Below the pieces are notes generated by a model. It ran no database searches, had not been told where the DNA came from, and saw only the letters and a program-made list of their open reading frames with translations. A program made the position numbers and the translations under genes. A DNA stretch of 63,850 nucleotides, counting the filler, from Olpidium bornovanus S191 (lineage: Eukaryota > Fungi > Olpidiomycota): assembly GCA_017911155.1 (NCBI GenBank). It is 30 parts of 30 records of this genome, joined end to end, with 100 filler letters (N's around TTAATTAATTAA, not from the genome) between each part and the next. Parts side by side here need not be neighbours in the genome. Positions count along the whole stretch, not along the records: positions 9,302 to 13,128 come from JAEFCI010004620.1; positions 13,229 to 14,814 come from JAEFCI010008939.1; positions 14,915 to 16,740 come from JAEFCI010003438.1; positions 16,841 to 21,072 come from JAEFCI010005953.1; positions 21,173 to 23,781 come from JAEFCI010000226.1; 25 more parts are not named here. One strand, written 5' to 3'. Of the stretch, positions 11,843-23,881 are shown in pieces (position 1 is the stretch's first letter; every line of letters begins with the position of its first letter).

Positions 11843-12229
11843 ACACCCCCCCCCCCCCCCCCCCCACCGCGCGCTGTCCTTCCTTGGCGCGCGCTCTCCA
11901 GGGAACGCAGCAGCCGTTCTTCTGCGCCGCTCGACTCCCCCGGTGACGTCACCCTAGCCCTGGCAGTCATCAAACTAACCGGCCAAGCGTGCACTTTTTC
12001 GCGATGCCATAGGATCGACTTTTCGGTCAGTAGCGGAAGATAAAGGTTGATTGACTCAATTCGACCTGTAGGTTGTTGTTGGCGGACAGCGCCGCATCAT
12101 AGTGCTAACTGCCGTGCACACAAACGAGGAAGGCTCTGTCAAATTGTGCACTGCGCGTGCAATCTAGATGTTCCCTCGCACGCTCCCATATTAAGTCCTG
12201 CGCGGACGCCCTCATGGGGACAGACGCAA

Positions 12230-12360
12230 ACAACGCTAGCTCTCCCTCCCACTTTTTCTTACAAGCACTCGCTCCCAGGGGCAGAAACTTCATCAGAAGC
12301 CTGGGAGGCCCTGAGTGCGCAATTTGAGCATGCCGGCTCCAGCGGAGCTTCGGCTCAGAC
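12230..12360 (+). mobile_element. Possible copia gag (UBN2-like) remnant
   Basis: GAETSSEAWEALSAQFEHAG resembles the copia gag 'A-W-x-x-L-x-x-x-F/Y-E' motif and lies on the same contig as a copia pol relic. The match is short. Confidence 0.3.
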
Positions 12361-13229
12361 ATTTAGTTTTTTTCCCGAAAGTTTCGGCGTCCCCGCCGAC
12401 AGCTCCGTGAGCTCTTTCTTTTTCCTGCCGTCAGACACACAACACCGCGGTCCTTGGGCCGCGACAACCTTCGCTACGACCCCGTCTTGTTGGCCTCAGG
12501 TTTCGTCAGCGTCCCCGAGGTATGGTCCAGTCGTCGACGCCGAGCTCCCACCTGATGCCGCGACTCCGCCAATTTTCACAGCGCGGGCCGGCGACTTTGA
12601 CGACTCTTCTCGAATCCTTATCCGTTACCGGGCTCTTCTCCGCGCCGCGCGTCGTCCTCCGGATACCGCCGGCGAGATCGTCGACGCCTCGCAGTCTCGC
12701 GGCGCCAGGATGAGGCGTAATTCCACCACAACCACGCCTTTTTTCCACGGGCGGGAGGAGGGGGAGGGGGAAGACGAACGTACGGGGGAAAAAAAAAATG
12801 AACGCAACAAACCGGCTCGCGCGGCTGAACAGTAAACTGCTCTGAGAGGCATTGGGCAAAATCATTTCCCCAAGCTCGCGAGCCGGATGATGGGGGGGGG
12901 GGGGGGGTGGGGGGGGGGGGGGGGGGATGCGCGACGTGGCACGCGCGAGAGGGACAACTTGGAGGACACAACCCACAACAGCCACACACCAGTGGCCAAG
13001 GCAGCCTCCGGGAGCAGAATTTTTCAGTTTTACTAGGAAAGCTGAATCCTGATCTGCAAAAGGAAAGAAAAGTGCGTACTGGCAACCTGAAGTCATCTGG
13101 AGTGGAAGTCGAGTGGCGATTTGACATGNNNNNNNNNNNNNNNNNNNNNNNNNNNNNNNNNNNNNNNNNNNNTTAATTAATTAANNNNNNNNNNNNNNNN
13201 NNNNNNNNNNNNNNNNNNNNNNNNNNNNA

Positions 13230-14145
13230 CATGGTGAACCTGTTGAGCCCAGCTTGCTCGGCTGCTTCCGGAGAGACTTCTATTCCTACTGTGTTTAGAG
13301 GGACGATCACCACTGGGACGATCACCGAGCAGACTGCCATCTGAAAAAGGTCGAGGTACGTTTCAGCAGGCGTATCAATTTGAAGTGAGCAACGAGAGAC
13401 GGTAGACGCACCAGCTTAAGACCCATCAGCAGGAAGCGCAAATATACCACGCAGTCAAGGCCGTTCTGCTGCAGAAGTTTCTCTTGACACGAGGCAGAGT
13501 TTGTGGTCAAGACACGCGGGTGAAACCACTACAAAAAAACGCAAGAAAAAAAAATAAAAGGAAGAGTAGTCACCTTCTTTCATCCATATGACCGCTTTTA
13601 TCCACGAGAGCGGCCAACCGGACGGCTCCGGAAATACCGGTCTTGATCAAAGGCAACTGGTGAGCTTTATGATCCGGACGTTATTTAGCCAGGCGTGGGA
13701 ACGGCGGAAACCGACGAACCTCCGCACTTTACAGCGCGCCGCGAAAACATGTTTAATCTTGTGTCGCAGCTGCGGGCGAAGGCGGACACGACTGTCGACC
13801 TCAGCCGACCGAAAATCCTCGAGGTTTGACAGCACGAGCGAAACGGCCAGAGGCTCTGGAACGGCGGAACCACAGGCGTGCCGTCGCCGTTCCCGTCAAA
13901 GGCAACCGGCGGGGCAGTTCGTTTATCCCACCGTGCCCCGCGGCACATACCACGTGGTGTATCATCAAAGCAGCGGCAATGACGAGGATGGTGATGAGGA
14001 GAAGGAACGCCATCGACTGGACGGACACGTTGACGTTTCTCGGGTCCACCGGGGCAAACGACGGCTCGGACGTCGGCTCGGACGTATCGGGAGCGGGCGC
14101 GCTCGACGAAGTCGAGTTGGCTCCGGCCGCCCGGCCCGGCTCCAT
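13230..14145 (-). CDS. CSC1/OSCA/TMEM63 (RSN1/PHM7-like, DUF221) calcium-permeable channel, 5' part
   Basis: Spliced product: MEPGRAAG...SMAFLLLITILVIAAALMIHHV|LRHKIKHVFAARCK...PEPSGWPLSWIKAVIW...LLQQNGLDCVVYLRFLLMGLKL|MAVCSVIVPVVIVPLNTVG...AGLNRFTM. This matches the RSN1_TM N-terminal signature (LRxK..VYxPR; WI; GLDxxxFLRF; LPVN; GLDRFTM). ATG at 14145; some internal splice sites are uncertain. Confidence 0.8.
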
Positions 14146-14670
14146 GTTGGCAGCACGCCTAGGCACGCGTCGCGCCGTTTCCGCCCGGCGCGCCTGGCGC
14201 CGTCGGCAAGCAGTCGGGTCCGCAGATGAAGAGAGGTCTCGCGGGTGGGTCGCGCGGCCTCGTTTCTCTTCGGGGTCGTGCCGAAGGACTGGCCCTCAAG
14301 CGCCCGCGGCCCGTCCACCTCGTCCTCGTGGGTGCGGCGGAGAACCAGCAGCGCCCGCTCTTCGCCCACTGCACCCCGCGCGAGTTTCCGGCGGAGGAGA
14401 GGGAAGCGGAGAATGGCGCGGGGAGAGAGGCGGCGGCGGGACCCGATGATTCTCTGAACGCACCTGCACTGGGGGGAAGGTGTGTTTGGGGGAGGGGGAG
14501 GAAGGAAGAGGGAGCGAAAGCCCGCGAGCGACAGCGAGAGTGACAGAGCCTCCAGAGAGTGAGGGAGCGAGCGAGAGAGCGCGAGATAGAGAGCACAGAG
14601 AAACAGGGAGCGGAGAAGGCAGACGTGGAGGCGGGTGAGAGTGGGTCCGGGGTGCGGCCGCAGGCCGTCC

Positions 14671-14727
<57 letters not shown>

Positions 14728-14735
14728 CCCCCCCT

Positions 14736-14781
<46 letters not shown>

Positions 14782-16005
14782 TTTTTTTTCCCTCCTCCTG
14801 TTTTTAACGGGGCGNNNNNNNNNNNNNNNNNNNNNNNNNNNNNNNNNNNNNNNNNNNNTTAATTAATTAANNNNNNNNNNNNNNNNNNNNNNNNNNNNNN
14901 NNNNNNNNNNNNNNCATGCCGCGTCGTTGGAGGGTGCGGTGGTTCTTTAAAACCCCCTGAATTATTTTTTTTTTCCGCCTCGAAAGGAAGGAAGAGAAGA
15001 AGGGAAGGGGTCCTCTCCCGACGCGTCGAAGACGGGGGATTGGGGGAGGGAGCAGCCCGATGATCTCCTTGTCTTTCCGAAACATACGATTGACTTTTTA
15101 TGCGCACGCGATGGCTGCAAATAACATCCTGCCGGCCGTCTTCAGGGCGATTTCCCTGCAGGTTTTTTTGGGTCGGTTAGCCGGATATGAAGGAAATACG
15201 CAGCGGGCGCACGTCAGGCTTGTTTGGTGGTCACCGCAGTACATCAAGATCAGATTGTGGCATGCTGCAATCTCCTTATTAGATTATTGGCTTCCTAAGA
15301 TGATCGAATATTTTTTGGCGCCTCCATGGAGAGAGAGCCCCGTGGGCGCACTCGCCTTTCGGCCGGGGGAGGGGGGGGGGGGGGGGGCCAACTCCTTTGG
15401 TAGTGTTTGCCTCCTCCCCTCTGCTTTCCTGAGGACTCCTCAGCACGGCCTGTGGCCATTGTCTACCGGTGGGGGGGGGGCGCGGAATCGCCGCGGGATG
15501 CCCGATGGCACGGCCACGAGGGCCACGGACGGCGGCGGCGACACCACACGGAGCGACTTCGTCGCTCGGGGTTCTCTCTCGGGAGAAGGAGGATGGGAGG
15601 AGGGGGTGGGGGAGGGGGGTTTGCTTTCGGGCGCGGCCCGAGCAGGGCGGTGGGCTGCGGGCCAATCACGGTCGTACATTGTACGGCTCGCGGGGCCGAG
15701 GGAAGAAGACGCCGCAGAGAAACGGAAAAGGGGTAGGTCTCTGCGAAGACCCCCCCGGGTCACGCGCGGGGAAAAGGGTCGCCGGCGCCCTTCTTTCCTT
15801 CAGGCAAGAGAACGCCACGGGCACCCCGCCCGCTCTCTTCCCGCCGCTAGGGGACCCCCGCGCATCTCTTCCACGGCGCGGGGGAGGGGGACGCAAACCA
15901 TCGCAGCCGGCGGGCCTGTGTCTCTCCGCGCCGCGCGAGAGGAGGAAGCCCGCCTCCGGCAAAACAGGGGGCGCGGCGCCGACGCTGGGTGTCCCGTTTT
16001 CCCCG

Positions 16006-16038
<33 letters not shown>

Positions 16039-16602
16039 CCCCCGGGGAGAATGACCGGATTCGACCTCACGCCGCCTCAAACTCAAAAAAAAAGAAATAA
16101 TTTAGGCACCTCCGCGATTTGGGTTAACCCCCCCGCCCCCACCGTCGTGACCCTTCCCCGGCCCCCGCCCCCAACCTCGGGATCGCACTGCACGTCCCGA
16201 GCGAAAAAAAAAAAAAAAAAAAAAGGAAAAAAAAAAAAAAAAAATTTAGGAATTGCCGAATGCGGACATGTGTCTCTCTGGCGTCACGCACGAAAAGGCT
16301 CGCCACGCCCACGCCCGCGTTTCCTTGACACCCGCGCGCGCGCGCTCCCCGGCCGCCGTCAACTCTCGCTCCCGCCCCCGGGGGGCCGGCCGGGTCGAAG
16401 GACGGGAGTCCCCGGGGCACAGAAGAAAAAAAAAAAAAAAGACTACGCCCTACTTCCGCCTGAAGAAACCAGCACCATTCACCACTCTTCCCACCCCCGA
16501 GAAGGCGAATCATTTCGTTTTTTATTTCCTGCCCGGACGCAGCTTGTCAGCAACGGGCCTTCTCAGGGACCTCCTCCCAAACCCACCCCGGTTGCCAAAT
16601 TC

Positions 16603-16635
<33 letters not shown>

Positions 16636-16849
16636 TCCCGAGGAGCCGGGAAGCGTTTTCTGCTGGGAACAAAAAAAAAAGGAAGCCGGCCGTAGTCTGG
16701 ACCTCCCCCCCCCACCCCCCCCCCCCCCCCCCCCCCCCCCNNNNNNNNNNNNNNNNNNNNNNNNNNNNNNNNNNNNNNNNNNNNTTAATTAATTAANNNN
16801 NNNNNNNNNNNNNNNNNNNNNNNNNNNNNNNNNNNNNNNNGTCACAATC

Positions 16850-18000
16850 TTAATCGGATTCTGCGTCTCAATCTGCGTCGGATTCTGCGTATAAATCGGT
16901 ATCTCAATATTCGTCGGATTCTGCATCTGAATTTGCGTCGGAGCCTGTGTCAGATTCCATGTCTCAATGAATCTGCGTCTGAATCTGCGTCTGAATCTGC
17001 GTCTGAATCTGCGTCTGAATCTGCGTCTGAATCTGCGTCTGAATCTGCGTCTGAATCTGCGTCTGAATCTGCGTCAGATTCTGCGCCTTAATCGTCGTCA
17101 GATTCTGCGTCTAAATTTACATCGGATACTGCATTTGAATCTGCGTCGGATTTGTTCGGAGGTGTCGCCTCCGAATCTGTGTCGGATTGCGTCTGAATCT
17201 TTGTCGGACCCTGTCTTTCGAACTGCGTCAGATTGTGTTTCAGATTCTGCTTCTGAAACTCCGTCGAATTCTGCTTCTGAATATGATTCTGTTTTTTGGG
17301 CTGGATTTGCTTTATATTCAGCGTCTGAATCTGCCTCTGAATCTGAGTCTGAATGTGCGTGAGATTCTGCATCTGAATGTGCGTCCATTTCCCCGTCTGA
17401 ATGTGCGCCGGATGCTGCGTCTGAATATGCGTCAAATTCGCCGTCGGAATCTGCGTTTGAATCTGCGTCAGATTTTGCGTGTGAATTTCCGTCAGGTTTT
17501 GCGTCCGAATATTCGTCGGATTCTGCGTCCAAATTTTCGTCGGATTCTGCGTCCGAATCTGCGCCGGATTATGCGTCTGAATCTGCGTCAAATTCTGCTT
17601 CTGAATTTTCATCGAATTCTGCTTCTGAACCTGCTTCGGATTCTGCAGCTGAATCTGCCTCGAATTCTGCAGCTGAATCTGCGTCAAATTCTGCTTCTGA
17701 ATCTGCCTCGAATTCTGCAGCTGAATCTGCCTCGAATTCTGCTTCTGAATCCGCGTCGGGCTCTGCGTCTGAATCCGCGTCGGGTTTTGCACCTGAATCC
17801 CGCGTCGGGCTCTACGTCTGAATCCGCGTCGAAATCCGCGTCGGATTCTGCTGATTCTGCGACAGATTTTGCGTTTGAAGTTGTGCTTCAGATTTTGCCT
17901 CTGAATCTGCTTTGTATTCTGCATAAATCTGGCCATATTCTGCGGCTAAATCTGCGTCATATTCTGTGTCTGAATCTGCTTCATATGTTGCGTCTGAATC
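16850..18000. repeat. Degenerate 12-bp minisatellite (TCTGAATCTGCG)n, about 1.15 kb; encodes (DSDA/EAES)n on minus
   Basis: Perfect array at 16969-17071 and degenerate units across the rest. The phase shifts a few times through small indels. Confidence 0.9.
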
Positions 18001-18168
18001 TACGTCGGTAAAAGTCAAAAAAGAAAAACGGTTCGCCGAGGCGTAGTGAACGACTTGAAGGCGCCGGGTTAATCGCTTCTTCTCTTCTCTTCCGCCCGTG
18101 GCCGGGTCCAGCTGCTGCTGCTACTGCTGCTCTGCTTTGCCGGTGCGCTGGTCCGTTTCCGGCGAGCT

Positions 18169-19863
18169 TTGCCGGTGACAGCAGAAACCCCGCCGCGCGC
18201 CCACCATCCCCGGCAGCAGGCAGCAGCAGCTGTAACCGCTCCCTCGCCGAGGCTCCCGCCGCGACCCCGCTGCTTCCCACGGGTGCGCTCGTCCAGTCGT
18301 ACGGAGACCCTCAGGTGCTGCGATCACAAACTTTGGGCCCTCCCAGGGCCAAAACTGTCGCAGCGGACGGGCCTGGTGCCGAGACGTGCCATAACTTTTC
18401 GTTCTAGCGCCCCCGCTTGGTGGCGTTGTATGTCCTGGGGAAGCTCCGAGGAACAGCTGCTGACGAAGAATCGCTCCCCGCTGGCCGCTGCGGTTGCGGT
18501 CGGCCGCTCTTCGCCGCCGGGGAACCTCGGTGCTCCCGTCCTGGGCCGCGTTGTCGATGTAGCCAGCCCCCCTTCCGAGTTGCACTTAGGCGGCGGTGAG
18601 GCCGAGCAGTACACCTTCACGGGTGCGCCGAAGCCGCAGGTCCGGCGACAGCACTCGCTTCCGCGGCGCATAGCGGCGCCGTTCGAAAGGCCAATAGCCC
18701 GTGCCCGATCACCGCTTCAAACAGCTGTCCATCGAGGCTGGCATCGGGCTTCGGGTTCCCCAGACTCGCCGTCATGGCGTCGGAAGCGATCGGAAACCAG
18801 TGAAGGCAGCACCGACGGCAACACTGTCATGAACGGCGACGGCTACTCAAGTTCGTCTGATGAACTGACGTGCGTTACACGTCCGCACCGAAGACGCTCC
18901 CCGCCAGCTGCCGTCGTCGCTGCACTGAACGGCGTCGTCGCGGATTGCTCTGCCGTTGGTCGCACTGAGCCGGTTACAGCGCCAGCTGTGCGGACCTCCT
19001 GGCCGTCTGCGGGCCTTCCGACTCCTAAGCCGGGTTCCAGTGCCGCAGTCGGGCGCGGAAACGATACAGACGCGCGGCCGCCGATCCCACCCGTTGACGC
19101 TCCGCCGTTGTTTACCTTCGGCACACCCAGCGCCTCGCCCGTGTTCAACTCTTTTGACGCATCAACTGCATCGAGCGGTGCAGCGTCGCCGACCGTGTGG
19201 AATTCTGGCTCGCCAAGCTTCCCGACGTCACCGTCACTTAGATCCTTGCCGGGGTCACCCTTCAACAACAGTCTGCGAAATTCTTCCCTTTCTGATCCAG
19301 CCTGGACAGCCTCCTTGTCTAGTCTCGACGAAGGCAAAAATTATACGCGACCTTCGCAGCATATCCGGAGAAATCGGAGCCCGTCCTTGGTTGGCCACAC
19401 CCACATACGCAGCGTCACGCGCAGATCGTCTTTGCTGGTGAGTCGGTCGATTCAATCGTTATTATGACTCGTGTCGCCTTCTCGTTCCGGCCCGGTCGCT
19501 GTCCATTACTAGCGACAACGTCCTACTGCGTCGGCACATGTTTAATGGTGTAACATCCGCAAAACCCTGCGGTAGCCTAAGACGAAGTGCATTAATCGGA
19601 TATTGTCGGTGCTAGACGTATGCGAAAAAATCTGCGCGTTACGCTGCGGTTTTATTCATGGCTTTCGTGTACGCGGGAGATTTTTGCCGCACGTTTTGAA
19701 TACACCTTTTGGCCGCACACAGGAGGAAGCCCGCCCTATCGAGAACGAGCTCGCTAGAGAGCGAGAGGCGAACGAGGCCATCAAGCAGGAGACGAAATTG
19801 CGGATCGACGAGGTGAAGCGACTACGGCCGACCGTCTCCACTTCTCACTTTAAGCGCGCGTGA
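18169..19863 (+). CDS. Hypothetical Ser/Pro-rich protein with short C-terminal coiled coil (2 exons; start uncertain)
   Basis: 432-codon open frame ends at donor CTG|GTGAGT (19437). An in-phase acceptor CAG|GAG (19723) gives EEARPIENELAREREANEAIKQETKLRIDEVKRLRP...KRA*. No recognised domain. Confidence 0.55.
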
Positions 19864-21172
19864 AATGCTTTTGGGCTGACTTGTGCAACGCTCCTGCCAA
19901 GTAGTGTATGGGCGAGTCCGTACAGCCATGGTCAGTCTCGTTGAAGGATATTCCACCGGTTTCGTCGTATTCGCAATTAAAACGTAACCCTGATATGGAC
20001 GTGAGTTACCGTCCATGTCGGCATTAATATTGCTGGTTCTTGTGAGGCTAGTGCAGGCCGTCACATTTTGATGTATTAATACGGCGCATAGTTTTGGCGA
20101 TGCGAACAGACGCCTTCGCCGACTCTGTCGGTATCTCTCTCTACGCCGAGCTCGCCCCTTTGGACTGCGCGGTCAAAGCGGAAAGGTGCGAGCGCGCTGC
20201 TCTAGTACGAAAATACTCACGGCACATCCTTTCGGTTAATGAACGGACGACGTGTTTATCGGCGGTAGCATCCGATGAGCGGGTCGAGTTGTCCGGCGCT
20301 ATGAAGCGCAGGGCGGTTTCTCCAGCTGTCAACAACGCCACCGCCGGCACGGTCGTGCAGTCGTCCTCGGCGTCTTGCTCGGTGGCTGGCACACCGTGTT
20401 CATCGGCGTCTTCGGAGACGTCGCCGCCTCTTCCTCCGCTCGACGGCGGCACGGTTGGCCTTGCAGTGCCGCCGATGAACATGACGGGACCCTACGAATT
20501 CGCTGCCGCCGCGGGGACCGGCGGCGCGGAAGGGCGCACCAACACGACGGCCGGCACCAGCGGCCGGAAGGATTCCATGAAAATTGTCAACGTGCACGGT
20601 GCTAGCCGGTCGTTGGCAAGGATGCGATTAGAGTGAAGCAGGTTGGCCTCAGGAACTTTTCTCCTGTGTCCGTCCGCGTTGTGCACGCGCCAACGTCAGT
20701 GATCCCGCTCGCCGAACCCGCATTTAAATGGCAGAGGATAGGATTTGTGTTCTGGCCCCGCTGCGTTTGCCCGAAATATGGCTCCTGTGATGTGCGAACG
20801 TGTTCGAGCCTGTGACATGTCGACTTCACAAGCTGTCTGTGCCCATTGTAAGTTTTGTGGAACTCAATCGTTTCATTGCCATTCTTGCAGAAAGAGTACA
20901 GTGCGTGGGGGAAAATTTGGTGCTCACTTCCCGTACGGAAAGCGGAATCAACATGCCGGCGAAAAAAGTCCGAACGTGGTTTCGTATGGAGTAGTTTTAA
21001 GTACTTTACCTTCCTCTGCCACAATTTTCCACAATTTGCTACACCTTGGTGAGCTTTGCTTCGTCAGCGAAANNNNNNNNNNNNNNNNNNNNNNNNNNNN
21101 NNNNNNNNNNNNNNNNTTAATTAATTAANNNNNNNNNNNNNNNNNNNNNNNNNNNNNNNNNNNNNNNNNNNN

Positions 21173-21433
21173 CAGCGGATACTGGTATTGGCACCTGAGG
21201 GCGATTTTTTGGACATAAATGGAAATCCGCTCCAAACGGATAACACGGCGTTGCCCGCCTTACATCGAACCACTTATGTCAATCAAAAACATGATGTCAA
21301 CAATCTTGCCGGCTGCAGCTGAGGATCCGCACTGCACTCCTGCTTCACCCTCGAGCACGGCAAGAGCGACCAGAATGCCGATCCTGATCAGCCATCGCGC
21401 GAAAATATTTTTAACGGATCCTGATCTCCTCAT
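21173..21433 (-). CDS. Secreted/membrane von Willebrand A-domain protein, N-terminal fragment
   Basis: MRRSGSVKNIFARWLIRIGILVALAVLEGEAG (signal-like) followed by KIVDIMFLIDISGSM, the VWA beta-A strand plus DxSxS MIDAS start. Intron 21263-21195 (GTAAGG...CTCAG) splices in phase to MCQYQYPL, then the contig ends. Confidence 0.6.
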
Positions 21434-22649
21434 CGGGTAGATCGGTCCCCGTCCCCCGCCGCTGCCTGATGAAGCGCCCGTTTTGCTCGCCAAATTAGAA
21501 AGAAGTCGGGAGTTCGATTTTTGCCGTTTTGCAGGCGACGGGCTGTGGCCGCCAGCGAATTTCGGGCCCCTATACACCCCTCGAGCGTTTCTCGCTCTGG
21601 ACGCAGCCTCCTGCGGGCGCGAGGTGCGCGGCCACGACCGGTTCAGAAGCAGGGCGCAGAAAGTCAAAGAGTCCCGGGCGCGGCATTCAAAGCATACTTT
21701 CGGGACTTGAAGTTTTCCAAGTTTGCCCTGGCATCAGTGCCGCGAAAAGTGTTATGCCTTTGTGAACAACCCCGTTTCCGCGAGGCCCTTACGGAAGCGT
21801 CTAACGGGCAAACGGCGAGGGAAAGCGCGGGCTTTCCCGGCCGAACGGCGCGACGTCATCCGCAGCACGTACCCGTCGTTGCCTGGCAACGTTGCTAGGG
21901 GCTTCTCTCGATCGATGACAGCGGGATGAGAAGAGGGCGAGGAACCACGTGGTCAGTGCGCTTGCTTCTACAACATCCCCCCCACTCCCCAACTCCCGAA
22001 CGAGTGAAACCAACATCCGGGGCCGGCGGTCCCATACGGCGCCGTGATAGGTTCACGTCCCAGGAAGAGCCGCTGTTTTGGATTTGACTTCGGAAAGATT
22101 TAGAAAGGTCAAGCTGTCGCCGGCTGCCTCAGGTAAAGGTTCAACGACGAAGGGTGAATGAGGGGGGGAATCGCCGGCATCTTGCAGACAACTGACAAGT
22201 TAGCGGGTCGGAGAATTCCGTCTGAGATCGGCGTGCCGTTTCGTCCTCGCACCCTCGCAACGATGGCCCCGAAGAGTAGCGCCGGGCAGAAGTCCCGCGG
22301 AGTACCGGTGGCGCGGCCCCACAGGTCCCCGTGCGCCTGCGCAAAGAATCGATGTACTGGCTATAATCTGACGCGGCAATCAAGAAGTCCGATTCTCCAA
22401 CAGCAAGCTCTCTTTTCCTCAGTCTGGCATTGGAACTTGCATCAGTTCCACCAAAGGTGCGCCTACGCCCGCCGAAAAAAAAAAAAAAAAAAAAGCGACA
22501 CCGACACCGACGGCGCCACGGCTTGACACGGGCCCTAGCAAACCGTCTTTGCTCAGACTCACAACCTTTGGCCCTAACCTTCCCAAGCTTGGCAATTAAG
22601 TTTATGCGGAAGCCAACGATGGCATACCGGTGAACCAGTCCTCCACCCC

Positions 22650-22845
22650 TGTCGCAGCGGTCAACCCCGGGAGACGGAAACGTAGACGGATAAAGGGCTC
22701 TATTGATTGGCGTAGAATCTCTATCTGGTTCTGGACTTCTTATAGCATGCGCTCCCTAGCAAACGCACAGAAGGCGATAGCGAGGCATCGTCCCGGCGCG
22801 CGATGCACACATGGCCTCCCCGTTTACCCCTTCTACTTTTGTACA
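22650..22845 (-). mobile_element. Candidate 3' LTR (about 196 bp, TGT...ACA) of the copia relic
   Basis: A purine tract GATGAGGGGG lies immediately before TGTACA (22845) on minus. The segment contains a CTATAA box and ends GCGACA at 22650. Only one LTR is visible, so the boundary is inferred. Confidence 0.45.
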
Positions 22846-22889
22846 AACCCCCTCATCGGGCGTATATATCCCCCGTTGTCTACACCTAG

Positions 22890-23400
22890 TTGCCTTGTCT
22901 TTCAGAATGGCTTAGCGGTTTCTCGTTGGTACTTTGCTCTCCCAACATTCTGAACTCGGCAAACTTGACTTCCTTCAGTGGCTTGGTCAGTGTGACCGCA
23001 GGGTTCTCGTCTGTGGGAATTCGGCGGATGTCTATAATCCCTTCGGCAGCGCACCACTTGAGATGTAAAAACTTTGATGTCGATGAGCTTGGATCGCTTT
23101 TGACACCTGGGCGTTTTCAGAAGCCAACTCCGGGGTCCCTGCGTTGTTTATTATGAGGGGGATCGCGAAGGTCGTTGCTTCAAAGTCGAGGTTTCCCGGA
23201 ATTGAGTGTAACCAGCGGGCCTCCTGGGCTGCCGCAGACCCTGAGATGAACTCGGCTTTACACGCTGATGTAGTGATGCAGCCTTGACGTGTCGCTCTCC
23301 AAGCGTTCGGGCCGCCGTCATATAGCAGAGCGATTCTCGTCGTTAATGCGCGCGTCTGGCGGCGTCCGGCCCAATCAGCGTCGCAGTATGTCGCGGTGAA
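22890..23400 (-). mobile_element. Ty1/copia RNase H relic (different copy or family from 9302-11330)
   Basis: YCDADWAG...GGPNAWRATRQGCITTSACKAEFISGSAAAQEARWL...; after a frameshift KRSKLIDIK...IPTDENPAVTLTKPLKEVKFAEFR. Confidence 0.88.
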
Positions 23401-23881
23401 ATTGAAGTCGCACTCGCCAACCCCCGGGCCATTGGGGACAGTGGGGGTGTGTGGCGGGCTAATCGGCTCCTGCCGGATTCTGCCGGGGACACGGGTTCTC
23501 TCCGCCGGACGGTCCCGGAAGGAAGTAAGGAAGGAAAGAAGGCAGAGGGAAGGCATCTTGATCGGCTTCGCGATCTCCATCATTCATGATTGGCAGGAAG
23601 ATTTAGGAATGTTTTTGGCCTCTTAACTCTGTAGTAAATTGTGTCGCCACCGGGGCCCCTGGTTAGCGAGTTGCGGGGGGGGAAGGAGGCCTGCGAAAGT
23701 AGGAACGTTACTTCGGGCATACGGACGGGTCGCGCGCGGGCGGGTATAGGACGCGGAAATGGTCCCCGACCCCCCCCCCCCNNNNNNNNNNNNNNNNNNN
23801 NNNNNNNNNNNNNNNNNNNNNNNNNTTAATTAATTAANNNNNNNNNNNNNNNNNNNNNNNNNNNNNNNNNNNNNNNNNNNN

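Noticed and set aside
16850-18000. NLRLNLRL / QIQTQNL ORFs as leucine-rich or pentapeptide repeat proteins
   Set aside because: They are alternative reading phases of the same 12-bp minisatellite.
20094-21072. Overlapping ORFs on both strands with some splice-like signals
   Set aside because: I could not build a phase-consistent gene model or recognise a domain.
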